From assembly GCA_964630365.1 (NCBI GenBank), contig CAZVUP010000002.1, positions 10,188-74,187 on the forward strand: a stretch of 64,000 nucleotides of DNA. Direction: 5' to 3'. Under the pieces are notes generated by a model, which made no database searches, was not told the DNA's origin, and was given only the letters and a program-made list of their open reading frames with translations. The translations under genes were made by a program, and so were the position numbers. Of the stretch, positions 28,289 through 38,381 are shown one piece after another (position 1 is the first letter of the stretch; each line of letters starts with the position of its first letter). The DNA comes from an uncultured Muribaculaceae bacterium. Lineage in GTDB: Bacteria; Bacillota_I; Bacilli_A; RF39; UBA660.

Positions 28289-29036
28289 TTAATACTAAAA
28301 TTATAATCCAGAAAAACTGTAATATAATCCCTTCTATTCCATTATTAATGGAAATATTACCAACATAAATTCTAAAAGGTAAATCACTTATATATTGAAA
28401 TGGTAGATACTTAGAAATAATTTGTAAAAACTTAGGAAAAAATGGGATTGGAACAACTATTCCTGATAAAATATCGGCAATAGAAATAAATATATTAACT
28501 ATTCCCTTCTCACTCATAGTCGTAAGCGCAACTATTGGATATAAAATTGTTAAAGCAACTACAAGTAATGCTCCTAAACTTAATGATACTAAAAATAAGA
28601 TAAAATGATTAAATGAACATGCCAAACCAAAATTATATGGTTCTGGTAAAAAAATAGTTACAAGTATTAAAGGTATAAATCTTAATAAAACATCAGATAA
28701 TCTCCTACCAAGCATCTTAAAATACCACATAAAATATAAATTTTTAGGTCGAGTCAACTCATAAGAAATACCACCATCACGTATTAAATTAAATAATTCT
28801 TTATCCCTCGTAAATTGATTGACTAACGCTAAAAAAGCTTGATTTAACCATAAATATGTAATTACTTGCGACAAGTCCATTGGCAGACTTTTACCACCAG
28901 AATCATAAAAAGCTACATAGACCATAATATAAACAAATCCAAAAAAGAATTGTGTAGCAATACCAGCCCAAGCAGCTGCCCGATATTGAAGACCACTAAT
29001 AAATTTTAATTTAAAATATGTAAAATATGCTTTCAA
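28233..29036 (-). CDS. ABC-2 family transporter permease
   Basis: 6-TM polytopic protein. Overlaps the ATPase gene stop. Confidence 0.55.
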   Translation of the reverse strand: MKAYFTYFKLKFISGLQYRAAAWAGIATQFFFGFVYIMVYVAFYDSGGKSLPMDLSQVITYLWLNQAFLALVNQFTRDKELFNLIRDGGISYELTRPKNLYFMWYFKMLGRRLSDVLLRFIPLILVTIFLPEPYNFGLACSFNHFILFLVSLSLGALLVVALTILYPIVALTTMSEKGIVNIFISIADILSGIVVPIPFFPKFLQIISKYLPFQYISDLPFRIYVGNISINNGIEGIILQFFWIIILVLIGSLLLQKNIKRVVVQGG

Positions 29037-30013
29037 ATCTTATAATCCTGATAAAGTTTAACTATTATATTATCAATACTTTCATGATCAATCTCAATAT
29101 CATCAATCTTAATCTTTTTAGATATTAAACCTAATAAATCTGAAATACTAGTAATTCTAGTATCAATTATTAGATCATATCCATCCTTATTTTTAGTTTT
29201 CTTAATTATTCCTTTATTTCTAATTGCTAATTTATCACTAGTTTTAATAAAAACATATTTTTCAGTTTCATATTTACTCTGTAACTTTTTCAAACTTCCA
29301 TCATATAAAACTTTTCCTTTACCAATTAGAATAATTCTTTTTGCGAGTGTAGTAATATCTGACATATCATGACTTGTTAAAATCACTGTAGTTTGCTTAT
29401 CTTTATTAAGCTTTTTAACAAAATCGCGAACTAGTTGTTTAGAAACTGCATCTAACCCAATAGTAGGCTCATCAAGAAATAATATTTCGGGGTTATGTAG
29501 TAAACTAGCTGCTATTTCACAGCGCATTCTCTGTCCTAGACTTAATTGTCTAACCGGAATGTTTATGATATCTTGAAGATTAAGTCTTTTAATTAAATCT
29601 TCCTTCGTAGCCTGATATTCATCTTCTGGTATATCATAAATATCTTTTAATAAGTCAAATGTATCTTCAGCAGGAATATCCCACCATAATTGACTTCTCT
29701 GTCCAAAAACAACACCAATATTTTTGACATACTTGCTTCGATTCTTCCATGGCATCATTCCATTAATTTGGCATTTGCCAGAATCAGGAATTAAAATACC
29801 ACTAAGGATTTTAATAGTTGTACTTTTACCAGCACCATTGGGTCCAATATAACCAACTATCTCACCCTTTTCAATCGAGAAAGAAATATCTTCTACAGCT
29901 TTCACATCCATATAATCTCTCTTAAAAAAAGATTTAATGGATTCCCAGAGTCCACTTTTTTTCTTAGCAACTCGGAAAGTTTTCGATATCTGTTTAACTT
30001 CGATGAATGACAT
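29033..30013 (-). CDS. ABC transporter ATP-binding protein
   Basis: Walker A GPNGAGKST, signature LSLGQRMR, Walker B ILFLDEPTIGLD. Confidence 0.9.
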   Translation of the reverse strand: MSFIEVKQISKTFRVAKKKSGLWESIKSFFKRDYMDVKAVEDISFSIEKGEIVGYIGPNGAGKSTTIKILSGILIPDSGKCQINGMMPWKNRSKYVKNIGVVFGQRSQLWWDIPAEDTFDLLKDIYDIPEDEYQATKEDLIKRLNLQDIINIPVRQLSLGQRMRCEIAASLLHNPEILFLDEPTIGLDAVSKQLVRDFVKKLNKDKQTTVILTSHDMSDITTLAKRIILIGKGKVLYDGSLKKLQSKYETEKYVFIKTSDKLAIRNKGIIKKTKNKDGYDLIIDTRITSISDLLGLISKKIKIDDIEIDHESIDNIIVKLYQDYKI

Positions 30014-30127
30014 TTTTTATTTCACACTCCTTCCAACGCAAAAAAGCCACATATCACTTATGCGGGGCATAAAGATATCCAGCTAAATTGCAAAAACGTC
30101 TAGATGAACATAACATACTTTCAGAAA

Positions 30128-30160
30128 AAAGTAAAGAGAAAAACAAAAAAATAGGAAATA
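30128..30160 (-). terminator. rho-independent terminator after the ybjQ-like gene
   Basis: Minus strand AAATAGGA tatt TCCTATTT followed by a T-run. Confidence 0.5.
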
Positions 30161-30162
30161 TC

Positions 30163-30477
30163 CTATTTTAATTTAACAGCTGTTCCATAAACAATAATCT
30201 CTGCAGCACCTTGCATAACAGCAGATGAGCCATAGCGAACACAAACAATAGCATCAGCCCCCAAAGCTTCTGCTTCATCAACCATTCTCTTAGTCGCAAT
30301 CTGTCGTGCTTCACGAATCATTTCTGTATATCCTTTAATTTCACCACCAACTAAAGTCTTCATTCCTGCCATAAAATCACGACCAAAGTTTTTAGCCTGA
30401 ACAATTTCTCCTTTTACTACTCCTAAAGATTCCTTAATTTCTTTTCCTTCTAATTTGTCTGTAGTAACTATTATCAT
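30163..30477 (-). CDS. YbjQ/UPF0145 family heavy-metal-binding domain protein
   Basis: 104 aa with the characteristic layout (IIVTTDKLEGKEI...GGEIKGYTEM...EALGADAIVCVRY). Confidence 0.75.
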   Translation of the reverse strand: MIIVTTDKLEGKEIKESLGVVKGEIVQAKNFGRDFMAGMKTLVGGEIKGYTEMIREARQIATKRMVDEAEALGADAIVCVRYGSSAVMQGAAEIIVYGTAVKLK

Positions 30478-30485
30478 AAATCCTC

Positions 30486-30725
30486 CTAATATTTCTTTGC
30501 TTCCTCTTCTTCGCCACCTTTAAGTTCTCTAATACGAGAAATAAGTGCTATAGTAACGCCTAAAAGAGGAATTCCAATTATAATTAATAAAATACTGACA
30601 AGTGGCTTAGGCATACTATTATCAAAAATAAAACCATCAGAAAAAACAAGTATTAGAATAAAACTGTAATAGATGATAACACTAAGTCCTGATAATAATG
30701 CACCCCACAACTTTTTCTTGTTCAT
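30486..30725 (-). CDS. small two-TM membrane protein
   Basis: 79-aa ORF with two hydrophobic helices. Its stop abuts the SOR gene start. Confidence 0.4.
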   Translation of the reverse strand: MNKKKLWGALLSGLSVIIYYSFILILVFSDGFIFDNSMPKPLVSILLIIIGIPLLGVTIALISRIRELKGGEEEEAKKY

Positions 30726-31067
30726 TTATTTTATTTCTCCATTCATCCAAAGACTATGTTTATTACAGTAACTATAAGCCACCATACCATCTTTAAAATC
30801 AACTACTAGTTTAGGTTCTTCATGAGGAAGAAAATGTTTTATAATTTGTTCATTGCCATAGTCAACTAAAATCCATTCAATATAATGATCTTCTTCCATG
30901 ACATGATTAACAAACACTTCAACTTTATCTCCTAATATATTATATTGTGGAACGTGTTTTTCAAAGGAAGCATCCACATCGTTAGATTTTAAAACCTTAT
31001 CAGTAACATCTTCAACCTCTTTTAATAGCATCATTATATTTCCATTTTGACATTTAACTATTTTCAT
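30726..31067 (-). CDS. superoxide reductase (desulfoferrodoxin/neelaredoxin family, single-iron type)
   Basis: Fe ligand set EKHVP (Glu, His), HVMEEDHYIEWI (His, His), YCNKHS (Cys, His). No N-terminal desulforedoxin Cys cluster. Confidence 0.7.
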   Translation of the reverse strand: MKIVKCQNGNIMMLLKEVEDVTDKVLKSNDVDASFEKHVPQYNILGDKVEVFVNHVMEEDHYIEWILVDYGNEQIIKHFLPHEEPKLVVDFKDGMVAYSYCNKHSLWMNGEIK

Positions 31068-31438
31068 ATAAATTCACTCCATTCTTTTTCGTTAAATCCA
31101 ATTAAAACTATATTATCTAAAATTAATAATGGTCTTTTAATAAGCATACCATCACCAGTAAGTAAGCTAAGTTTTTCATCATAACTTAATGATTTTAGTT
31201 TTTCTTTCAAATTAAGTTCACGATATTTTAAACCACTAGTATTAAAAAATTTATTTATATCTTTATTACTTTTCTTTATATATTTATGAAGTTCATTAAT
31301 ATCTGGAGTTTCAATTAATATATGTCTTTCTTCATAATTTATATTTCTTGATTCTAAAAACTTCTTTGCTCTCTGACAAGTAGAACATTTAGGGTACCAA
31401 TAAAACTTCATTCTACTTACTCCATGTTCTTTCTTCAA
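31064..31438 (-). CDS. ArsC/Spx family thioredoxin-fold protein
   Basis: FYWYPKCSTCQRAKKFLESRNINYEERHILIETP is a CxxC-containing N-terminus typical of ArsC/Spx/YffB proteins. 124 aa. Confidence 0.65.
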   Translation of the reverse strand: MKKEHGVSRMKFYWYPKCSTCQRAKKFLESRNINYEERHILIETPDINELHKYIKKSNKDINKFFNTSGLKYRELNLKEKLKSLSYDEKLSLLTGDGMLIKRPLLILDNIVLIGFNEKEWSEFI

Positions 31439-32351
31439 TATCTTTTAACAAATCTGCAGATTCTTGATAAGAATCCAACATTCTATCAACAGCACTATAA
31501 CTATCTTCTGCAGTTATAGATATAGGTTGTTCAATAGTACTTATCAAAGCATCAACATTAATATATGTTCCATATGTTGCGTGAACAATGTTGTATAAAT
31601 CATCTCCATGCCTTAACTCATCATAAAATTCTCTAAAGCAACATATTTCTGTTGGCCTAGAATGCGCCGAAATATTTTCTTCATTATCTACCATATCTTC
31701 AGGAGCAGCTTGCGGTATATAATCTACAGCCGGTCTTACAGCAACAATTTTCTCAGGCATCACATGAACAGATTGCCTCATATTAGCAATATCATCTTCC
31801 CCAACCTTAATTTTTCTAAACTTATCAGTCGCAACTATAGGATTAGAAAAATGAATTATTTCTATATCTTCAACATCTAATTTTTCGCTTTGCTTAACGG
31901 CTTTTACTGAGGCTTCTTTATATTTAGCTAAAACTTGACGTTCTAATTCAATCATATGTCTTAAAAATATAGATTTATTATTTTCACCCAACAACTTTTC
32001 AGCATATTCAGTTCGTATTTGATCTAATTCTTCAGCACTAAGCAATCTCTCATTATCAAGTCTAGATTGTTTTTCGTATAAGAGTTTCCTTGTTCTATCA
32101 TATAACTCTTCATATAATCTCACTGTAGCATCTAATTGAGCTTGCATATCTTTTTCTTTTTTTGAGAAACCATCACTAGAAGTTGTTGAACTATCAAGAG
32201 AAAGACTATGTATTTTTTCTTCTAAGTCAGCCAATTCATGAGTAATATAATCAATAAAATCTGCCTCAGCTTGTTGTCGTTGAACTTTTCCTAATAATTC
32301 ACGAAGTTTATTCAATCTTTCAGTATAGTTAACAGTCTCTAATTTACTCAT
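31413..32351 (-). CDS. hypothetical protein with N-terminal coiled coil (312 aa)
   Basis: ORF only. Confidence 0.45.
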   Translation of the reverse strand: MSKLETVNYTERLNKLRELLGKVQRQQAEADFIDYITHELADLEEKIHSLSLDSSTTSSDGFSKKEKDMQAQLDATVRLYEELYDRTRKLLYEKQSRLDNERLLSAEELDQIRTEYAEKLLGENNKSIFLRHMIELERQVLAKYKEASVKAVKQSEKLDVEDIEIIHFSNPIVATDKFRKIKVGEDDIANMRQSVHVMPEKIVAVRPAVDYIPQAAPEDMVDNEENISAHSRPTEICCFREFYDELRHGDDLYNIVHATYGTYINVDALISTIEQPISITAEDSYSAVDRMLDSYQESADLLKDIEERTWSK

Positions 32352-32677
32352 AAATTGCCTCCTCGTACTTCTAAATCCATATTCTGTAAAGTCTTATTAA
32401 TAAAAGAAAGTTCATCTATATTAGTAATTGGTTCAAAATTATTATCCTTCGTATTTTTATTATAAGATGATACAAAGACATTTTTTCGCTCATTCTTACC
32501 AATAGTATTATCAGTATATCCAATGTAAAGAACATCTTTAATTGGTGAATCAAAAGTAAACAAAACATCATATTCTTTTATAACACCATCTTTTTCAATT
32601 TTAATCTTTTGAGTACTATTTATAACTTTCATCCTTACGACCTCCAAGTATCCCATTATCCTAATTAAGTTTATCAT
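32348..32677 (-). CDS. DUF1292 (UPF0473, YrzB-like) family protein
   Basis: IKIEKDGVIKEYDVLFTFDSPIKDVLYIGYTDN...NVFVSSYN...EPITNIDELSFI follows the DUF1292 pattern. Confidence 0.5.
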   Translation of the reverse strand: MINLIRIMGYLEVVRMKVINSTQKIKIEKDGVIKEYDVLFTFDSPIKDVLYIGYTDNTIGKNERKNVFVSSYNKNTKDNNFEPITNIDELSFINKTLQNMDLEVRGGNL

Positions 32678-32699
32678 TTCATAATAAAAAAGTCAATCA

Positions 32700-32733
32700 A
32701 ACAAAAAACCGGTGCAAAGCACCGATTATAATA
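32700..32733 (-). terminator. rho-independent terminator
   Basis: Minus strand CGGTGCTTTGCACCG hairpin followed by GTTTTTTG. Confidence 0.5.
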
Positions 32734-33000
32734 CTATTTATCTTCTGGAAACATTCCTTCATATTGAGCACTATAGTCATTAAATAATTGCTGTAAAATG
32801 ATTAGATTTTTCTCTTCTAAAACTCTAGTTTCACCATCTTTTTCTATTACTTTTAAAACTACATATTTATCTGTCGGTTCTTTCTTGTCATCTAACAATA
32901 CAGACAAGAAATAACTATCATTTTTATAACTTTCTTCTAATAGTAGTAAATATTCTTTACCACTTGCCAATGTTATAACTGTATCAACTTTCACTGCCAA
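32734..33000 (-). CDS. small acidic protein, DUF1292-like (weak)
   Basis: 88 aa. ITLASGKEYLLLLEE...YVVLKVIEKDGETRVLEE loosely resembles the neighbouring DUF1292 protein. Confidence 0.35.
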   Translation of the reverse strand: MAVKVDTVITLASGKEYLLLLEESYKNDSYFLSVLLDDKKEPTDKYVVLKVIEKDGETRVLEEKNLIILQQLFNDYSAQYEGMFPEDK

Positions 33001-33008
33001 TCCTCCTT

Positions 33009-34826
33009 CTATCTTCCTTTACCGGCTGACATTTCATCTTCTTCTGTTGCTTGAGGATCATTAACCATATCAGCTAAAGGATTATAATTTTTGACATGAT
33101 CCTTCTTTTTCTTTTTAACGACTCTATTCAATTTATACTGTAGAGCCTTTTTTTCAGAATTTGAAAGCTCTGGTGATTCAATTTCTGCCAATATCTTCAT
33201 TGCAGCTGCTTTGAAATCACTATCACTTAAATTATTAACAACTTGGTTCAATTTTGCTATTTCAGCAACTAGTTGCTTATATTTCTCAGAATTTTTTGTA
33301 AGCAACCCTGCACCAACTGCACCCATTCCACCAATACCAGTTATAAGTGCTGCCGCTTGCATTCCTTTTACTGCACTCGCAGCCGTTGTTGCCGCTTCAG
33401 CTGCAGCTGTTGTTGCTGCACCTAATGACTGTCCACCAATTGTCCAAACTCCTGTTGCATCAGCAAAAGTAGATGTCATACCAGTAAGTGATGAAACATT
33501 TGCTGCTAAAGCCTCACTAGACTTATGTAATGCAACTTTCATTGCCGGAGCTGCTGAATGCCATTGAGCAGCATTCTTACTCATAACAGCCAAACTATTT
33601 GAAACAATTTGTGCATTATTAGCAGCTACTAAAGCAGGTAGTAAATGAGTAACAACCAAGTATAAGCTTACAGCCATGGCAGCTAATCCCAAAACAATTA
33701 AAATCTGTTTTTTATGATCTTTTACCCATTGCCATGGTGTTTTCTTTACAACTACATCACCCAATACATCATCTGGTTCACCAGGATCTGGACTTGGTTC
33801 CGGAGTTGGCTCTGGAGTTGGCTCTGGACTTGGCTCTGGACTTGGTTCTGGATTTGGTTCTGGACTTGGTTCTGGATTTGGTTCTCGATTTGGTTCTGGA
33901 TTTGGTTCTCGATTTGGTTCTGGATTTGGTTCTGGACTTGGCTCTGGACTTGGCTCTGGAGTTGGTTCTGGACTTGGTTCCGGAGTTGGTACCGGAATTG
34001 GTTCTGGAGTTGGTTCTGGACTTGGTTTCGGATTTGGCTCTGGATTTGGTACCGGAATTGGATTTTCTTCTGGAAGAGACATATTCTTCAAAGCATCGCC
34101 AGTTATAGCACCTTCTACCATTGCAGATGCATCAGTCCATACCGGCCTATTCTCAGGTGAACCATCCAACTGAATATATTTATATTTACCTTTTTCTGAA
34201 CCAAACATACCTTTTTTCTTTAATTCTTCTACACTAAGACCTTCTACTTCAGATTTTAAGACTTCATTTTTTTCTCTATAAATATCAGATATTTTTGCTA
34301 CTAAATCTGCTATTTTTTTATCTATTTCTTTTACTTCTGTTGAATTAGCTCCATGTTCTTTCTCTGCTTTTTCCCTCTCAGCAGAAAGTTCAGCAAACTT
34401 ACTTTCATAGCTTTCTAAGGTCCTATTATATATTTTTGAAGAAACCTTTTTCTCATTCTTAGGCAATTCCATATTAAAACTACCATATACGTTTTTATCA
34501 GGTTCCTTACCATATGCAACTTTATATATATCATTGAATAGTTCTAAATAAGCTAAACACTTTTCTTTATCTTCCTTCGAAATGGAATCATAGCCACCAC
34601 CACGAACAAGCAATATACGATATTCTCTAACCAAATTTTCTAGAATAACATCAATAATTTCTTCTTCACTCATAACATCGTTTCTAACATAATTATTTGA
34701 ACGAAATTGTCTGGTTGAATAATTACCATTAGCACCTTTACTTATTTCTAAATCAGTATACCATTGGCTATCAACATTTGAATTATTTACTAATTCCATT
34801 ATTTTTTCAAGCTTTGTGTAATCCAT
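33009..34826 (-). CDS. hypothetical bitopic protein with a ~100-aa (X-P-E-P)n tandem repeat, one TM helix and an Ala/Gly-rich C-terminal domain
   Basis: [91 protein letters not shown], then [22 protein letters not shown], then an A/G/T-rich region. Confidence 0.55.
   Translation of the reverse strand: MDYTKLEKIMELVNNSNVDSQWYTDLEISKGANGNYSTRQFRSNNYVRNDVMSEEEIIDVILENLVREYRILLVRGGGYDSISKEDKEKCLAYLELFNDIYKVAYGKEPDKNVYGSFNMELPKNEKKVSSKIYNRTLESYESKFAELSAEREKAEKEHGANSTEVKEIDKKIADLVAKISDIYREKNEVLKSEVEGLSVEELKKKGMFGSEKGKYKYIQLDGSPENRPVWTDASAMVEGAITGDALKNMSLPEENPIPVPNPEPNPKPSPEPTPEPIPVPTPEPSPEPTPEPSPEPSPEPNPEPNREPNPEPNREPNPEPSPEPNPEPSPEPSPEPTPEPTPEPSPDPGEPDDVLGDVVVKKTPWQWVKDHKKQILIVLGLAAMAVSLYLVVTHLLPALVAANNAQIVSNSLAVMSKNAAQWHSAAPAMKVALHKSSEALAANVSSLTGMTSTFADATGVWTIGGQSLGAATTAAAEAATTAASAVKGMQAAALITGIGGMGAVGAGLLTKNSEKYKQLVAEIAKLNQVVNNLSDSDFKAAAMKILAEIESPELSNSEKKALQYKLNRVVKKKKKDHVKNYNPLADMVNDPQATEEDEMSAGKGR
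33775..34075. repeat. tandem 12-nt (GGTTCTGGAYTTGG-type) DNA repeats encoding the PEPx repeat
   Basis: Near-perfect 12-mers visible directly in the sequence, e.g. ggttctggatttggttctcgatttggttctggatttggttctcgatttgg. Confidence 0.8.
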
Positions 34827-34953
34827 AAATAACCACTCCTCTACAATATGATTCTAACTTTTTTAATTACACATGTCAATATTACAAAACATATTTATTA
34901 CAATTGTTTACGCGTTGAAGTGTAACACAAAATGAAGTTTTTGTCAATTAAAA

Positions 34954-35592
34954 CTACTCTTCTGAATCATCTGAAGTCTTTTCACTGACAATAGAAATCT
35001 GTATTTTTTCACCATCTTGAACATCATTAGCTTCTTCTACTTCAACATAATAATAATCAGTAATTTCTTCATCTTTAACTAATTTTATTGGATCAGACTC
35101 AGTCATTGTTTTAGCATCTATCACTTTCTTATTATCATCCTTTGTTACAGAAACGACTGAACTTGTATTATTGGTAATCGTTAAACGATAATAAACATCT
35201 TCTGAATTAACTTCACCATTACGATAATTTGTAACTTTAAATAGATATTTTTTACCAACTAACGATTTAAGATCAATGCCAAAAGAATAATTAGCATTAA
35301 AATCTCTTATTGGTACCACCATATTAGCTTGTATTTCTTCAGTTTGATTACGATTTTTATGATATACCATAAATGCCAAAATGATAACTAAAACAACTAA
35401 AAAAGCAAAAACCATTTTTAAAAATACAATTGATGACAAAAATTCTTTAATACTACTTTTTGCTTTTTTCTCCTCTTGTACTGCTTTTTTAGTCGCCTTT
35501 TTAGATGCTTTATTTACACTAGTTTTTCTTACAGTTTTCTTTTTATTTTTTAAATCACTTTTTTTAACATTTTTATTATCTTTTTTATTCAT
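34954..35592 (-). CDS. hypothetical membrane-anchored protein with Lys-rich N-terminus (212 aa)
   Basis: Basic N-terminus, one TM (FLVVLVIILAFMVY) and an extracytoplasmic beta-rich domain. Confidence 0.45.
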   Translation of the reverse strand: MNKKDNKNVKKSDLKNKKKTVRKTSVNKASKKATKKAVQEEKKAKSSIKEFLSSIVFLKMVFAFLVVLVIILAFMVYHKNRNQTEEIQANMVVPIRDFNANYSFGIDLKSLVGKKYLFKVTNYRNGEVNSEDVYYRLTITNNTSSVVSVTKDDNKKVIDAKTMTESDPIKLVKDEEITDYYYVEVEEANDVQDGEKIQISIVSEKTSDDSEE

Positions 35593-35668
35593 AAAATCAC
35601 CAACTATCTATCAAATACATCTTATAACAATTCATCATTCAAAGTCAATAAAAAAGCATAAGGTATTC

Positions 35669-36229
35669 TTATACTTTTATTTTAGAAATTATTCCCAACT
35701 TGTAATTAAATGTCTTTTTAGAAATAACACCAGTAGATGGATTATAATAAACAACTATTTTTACTTCTAACTTGCCATCAGGTTCAATAACTTTACCACT
35801 AACATCATCAAGTTTTATTGAAACTGGAGAAATAAGTTTTTTAAAATAATTATCAGTATAGTCAGGACTAGTCATTAAAGTAACCATTTCAATTGGAACT
35901 GTTCCTTCATTTTTAATAACAGCAATATAAGTTATTTCATCTCTAGGAGCATTTAATGTAAAATTCATATCCAATAGTTGACCTGATTCATCTATTTTAA
36001 AAGAACTTGTAGGCTCGACTTCTGACCCCTTTACAGAAGATGACTTCATAACCTCTGAGAAAATAACTTCATAATTACAACTTTTATTTTTCTCTTTTTG
36101 GAGCTGTACTGCTACAACACTAAATCCAATACCTAAACAAACAAGAGTAAAACAAAGAATAATTATAATACAATTTCTAATATTAATTCTTTTTTTCATA
36201 AAAATCACCTTCTTTTTATTGTTCAACAC
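35669..36229 (-). CDS. hypothetical secreted/anchored protein (186 aa)
   Basis: N-terminal signal anchor and a beta-strand-rich mature region. Its start overlaps the pbpB stop. Confidence 0.45.
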   Translation of the reverse strand: MLNNKKKVIFMKKRINIRNCIIIILCFTLVCLGIGFSVVAVQLQKEKNKSCNYEVIFSEVMKSSSVKGSEVEPTSSFKIDESGQLLDMNFTLNAPRDEITYIAVIKNEGTVPIEMVTLMTSPDYTDNYFKKLISPVSIKLDDVSGKVIEPDGKLEVKIVVYYNPSTGVISKKTFNYKLGIISKIKV

Positions 36230-38363
36230 TAAATTTTGGTGCTAATTTTAAATGTATTTCCATACCATCACCAATTGCTGTTCCTTCAGCAATTGACTGT
36301 TCATAAACATAGCCTGTTCCTTCCATGGTCACCTTAAGTCCTATTTTTTGTAAAATATCTTTAGCAATTTTTCCAGATATTCCATTAACATTAGGAACCA
36401 AAATATTAGTATCATTTGTTACTAAATACACAACCTCATTTGTTGTTATTGTATCATTAACTTTTTGAATTTGATTAATTACTTTATTACCATTTCCAAT
36501 AAACACATATCTGATACCCATACTATCAAGTAATACTCTTGCAGCATCAACTTTTTTATTAATTAAATTAGGCATTTTATATTCCTTAACTTCTACAGTA
36601 GAACTATTGCTATCAGTATTACCATAATACTTTGAAACATTATTAACTATATCTTTAACAGCATTGCTAACAGGCTTCTGACTACCACCACTTGGTCTCT
36701 TTACTGAAGCATATATTATAATTTGAGGATTACTCTTAGGATAAATCCCTGAAAAAGATGAAATAATATCCTCTTTACCTGATAGATATCCCCCACCTCG
36801 TTCATTAGCAATTTGCGCTGTACCTGTCTTTCCAATTAATTCTCCACTATCAATTCTATAACCACTACCAGTATTACCTACACCATTAACACAATCATCC
36901 ATTAATTGAAACATTTTAACTACTGTATTAGTTGAGGCAACTCTCTCTATCTCTTCTCTTCCTTTTTCCAGAACAATTTCTCCAGTAGAAGAATCTACTA
37001 TTTTAGATACTAAATAAGGTTCTAATAACATTCCATCATTAGTAAGAGGCGTCATAGCTTTCACATTTTGAATAGGTGTTGTAGTTATACCTTGACCAAA
37101 TCCAGCATTATATATTTCTGTTTCATATTTAAATTCCAAATTACCCTTATTTTCACTTGGAAGTTCAATACCTGTTCTTCTACCAAAGCCCAGCCTTCTA
37201 AAATACTGTCTTAACATAATACTAGACATATGTCTATTGATCATATTAATAACCCCAACATTACTACTCATCGCATATCCCTTATCAAAAGAAATTACAC
37301 CCCAACCATTTCTATTCCAATCACCAATTTCTGTACCATCAGCAGTAGTATAGACACCTGACTTATATGTTTCATTTCCATTATAAACTCCATTTTCCAT
37401 AGCAGCCATATAAGTAAAAGTTTTCATTGTACTACCTGGTTCATAAGGAGAAGAAACCATTAAATCTAAATAATTTGTAATATCTCTAACATTCGGATCA
37501 AAAGAAGGATGAGTTGCTGTAGCAAGAATTGCTCCTGTCTTAGCATCCATAATAGTAATATGAAACCATTCCCAATCATAACTATAATCAGCATCAGTAA
37601 TTGCTTGTTCAACAAAAAATTGAATACTAGAATTAAGTGTTAAATAAATATCTTTACCTTGAACTGCATCTTTAGTAATAACTGGTGTATTAGCAATTCT
37701 ATATCCTTTTAAGTCTTTTTGATAAGTAGTATAACCATCTTCTCCCTTTAAAATATCATTATATTGCTTTTCTATTCCCATCTCACCAACAATTGACTCT
37801 TCATCATTACCAGTAGTATAGCCAATAGTATATGAAGCAAAATTACCTTTTGGATAATATCTTTTAAAACTTTCAATAAATCCAAGACCCGGTAAATTAA
37901 GATCTTCTATTTGTTTTTTAGTAATTTCATTTAGTCCTTTACCTTTTGTTCCAAATTCAGTTTGATAAACATTTTCTTTATTTAAATATTTTAAAATAGC
38001 ATCTTTTTCCATTCCTAAAATAGGTGCTAATTTTTCTGCTGTTTCTTCTTTATTTACAACATGCTGAGGTTTTTTTTCATTTGTCGTTCTCTTCGGATCT
38101 AAAAAAGCAATTAATTTATAGGAAGCAACATTTTGAGCTAACAAATCACCATCAGCCGAGTAAATAGCCCCCCTATTAGCCGAAATTACATCTGTCTTTG
38201 TCGTTCTTTGACTTGCTAAAGTACCAAGATCAATTCCATCTATTTTTCTAGACATTCCTAATTGAACTACTCTTCCTATCATTAGGCAAAATAAAAGAAG
38301 AGAACACACTATAAATACTTTAGAATATTTAATATTATTTTTTCTCTTCTTTCGTTTTTTCAA
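36216..38363 (-). CDS. pbpB: class B penicillin-binding protein 2B (division transpeptidase) with two C-terminal PASTA domains
   Basis: SxxK (STMKTFT), SSN and KTGTA motifs. Two PASTA repeats. 715 aa. Follows ftsL. Confidence 0.9.
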   Translation of the reverse strand: MKKRKKRKNNIKYSKVFIVCSLLLFCLMIGRVVQLGMSRKIDGIDLGTLASQRTTKTDVISANRGAIYSADGDLLAQNVASYKLIAFLDPKRTTNEKKPQHVVNKEETAEKLAPILGMEKDAILKYLNKENVYQTEFGTKGKGLNEITKKQIEDLNLPGLGFIESFKRYYPKGNFASYTIGYTTGNDEESIVGEMGIEKQYNDILKGEDGYTTYQKDLKGYRIANTPVITKDAVQGKDIYLTLNSSIQFFVEQAITDADYSYDWEWFHITIMDAKTGAILATATHPSFDPNVRDITNYLDLMVSSPYEPGSTMKTFTYMAAMENGVYNGNETYKSGVYTTADGTEIGDWNRNGWGVISFDKGYAMSSNVGVINMINRHMSSIMLRQYFRRLGFGRRTGIELPSENKGNLEFKYETEIYNAGFGQGITTTPIQNVKAMTPLTNDGMLLEPYLVSKIVDSSTGEIVLEKGREEIERVASTNTVVKMFQLMDDCVNGVGNTGSGYRIDSGELIGKTGTAQIANERGGGYLSGKEDIISSFSGIYPKSNPQIIIYASVKRPSGGSQKPVSNAVKDIVNNVSKYYGNTDSNSSTVEVKEYKMPNLINKKVDAARVLLDSMGIRYVFIGNGNKVINQIQKVNDTITTNEVVYLVTNDTNILVPNVNGISGKIAKDILQKIGLKVTMEGTGYVYEQSIAEGTAIGDGMEIHLKLAPKFSVEQ

Positions 38364-38381
38364 AATATCACATCCTAGTAA

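Noticed and set aside
31662-31880. ORF 31662..31880 (+)
   Set aside because: Antisense within the 312-aa hypothetical gene.
33211-34160. Three plus-strand ORFs (118, 148, 124 aa) with striking W/F- or LDLV-repeat translations
   Set aside because: They lie antisense within the 605-aa PEP-repeat gene. The repetitive translations are frame artefacts of the 12-nt tandem DNA repeat.
35381-35770. ORF 35381..35770 (+, 129 aa)
   Set aside because: Spans the intergenic gap and the antisense strands of two minus-strand genes. The hydrophobic translation is a frame artefact.
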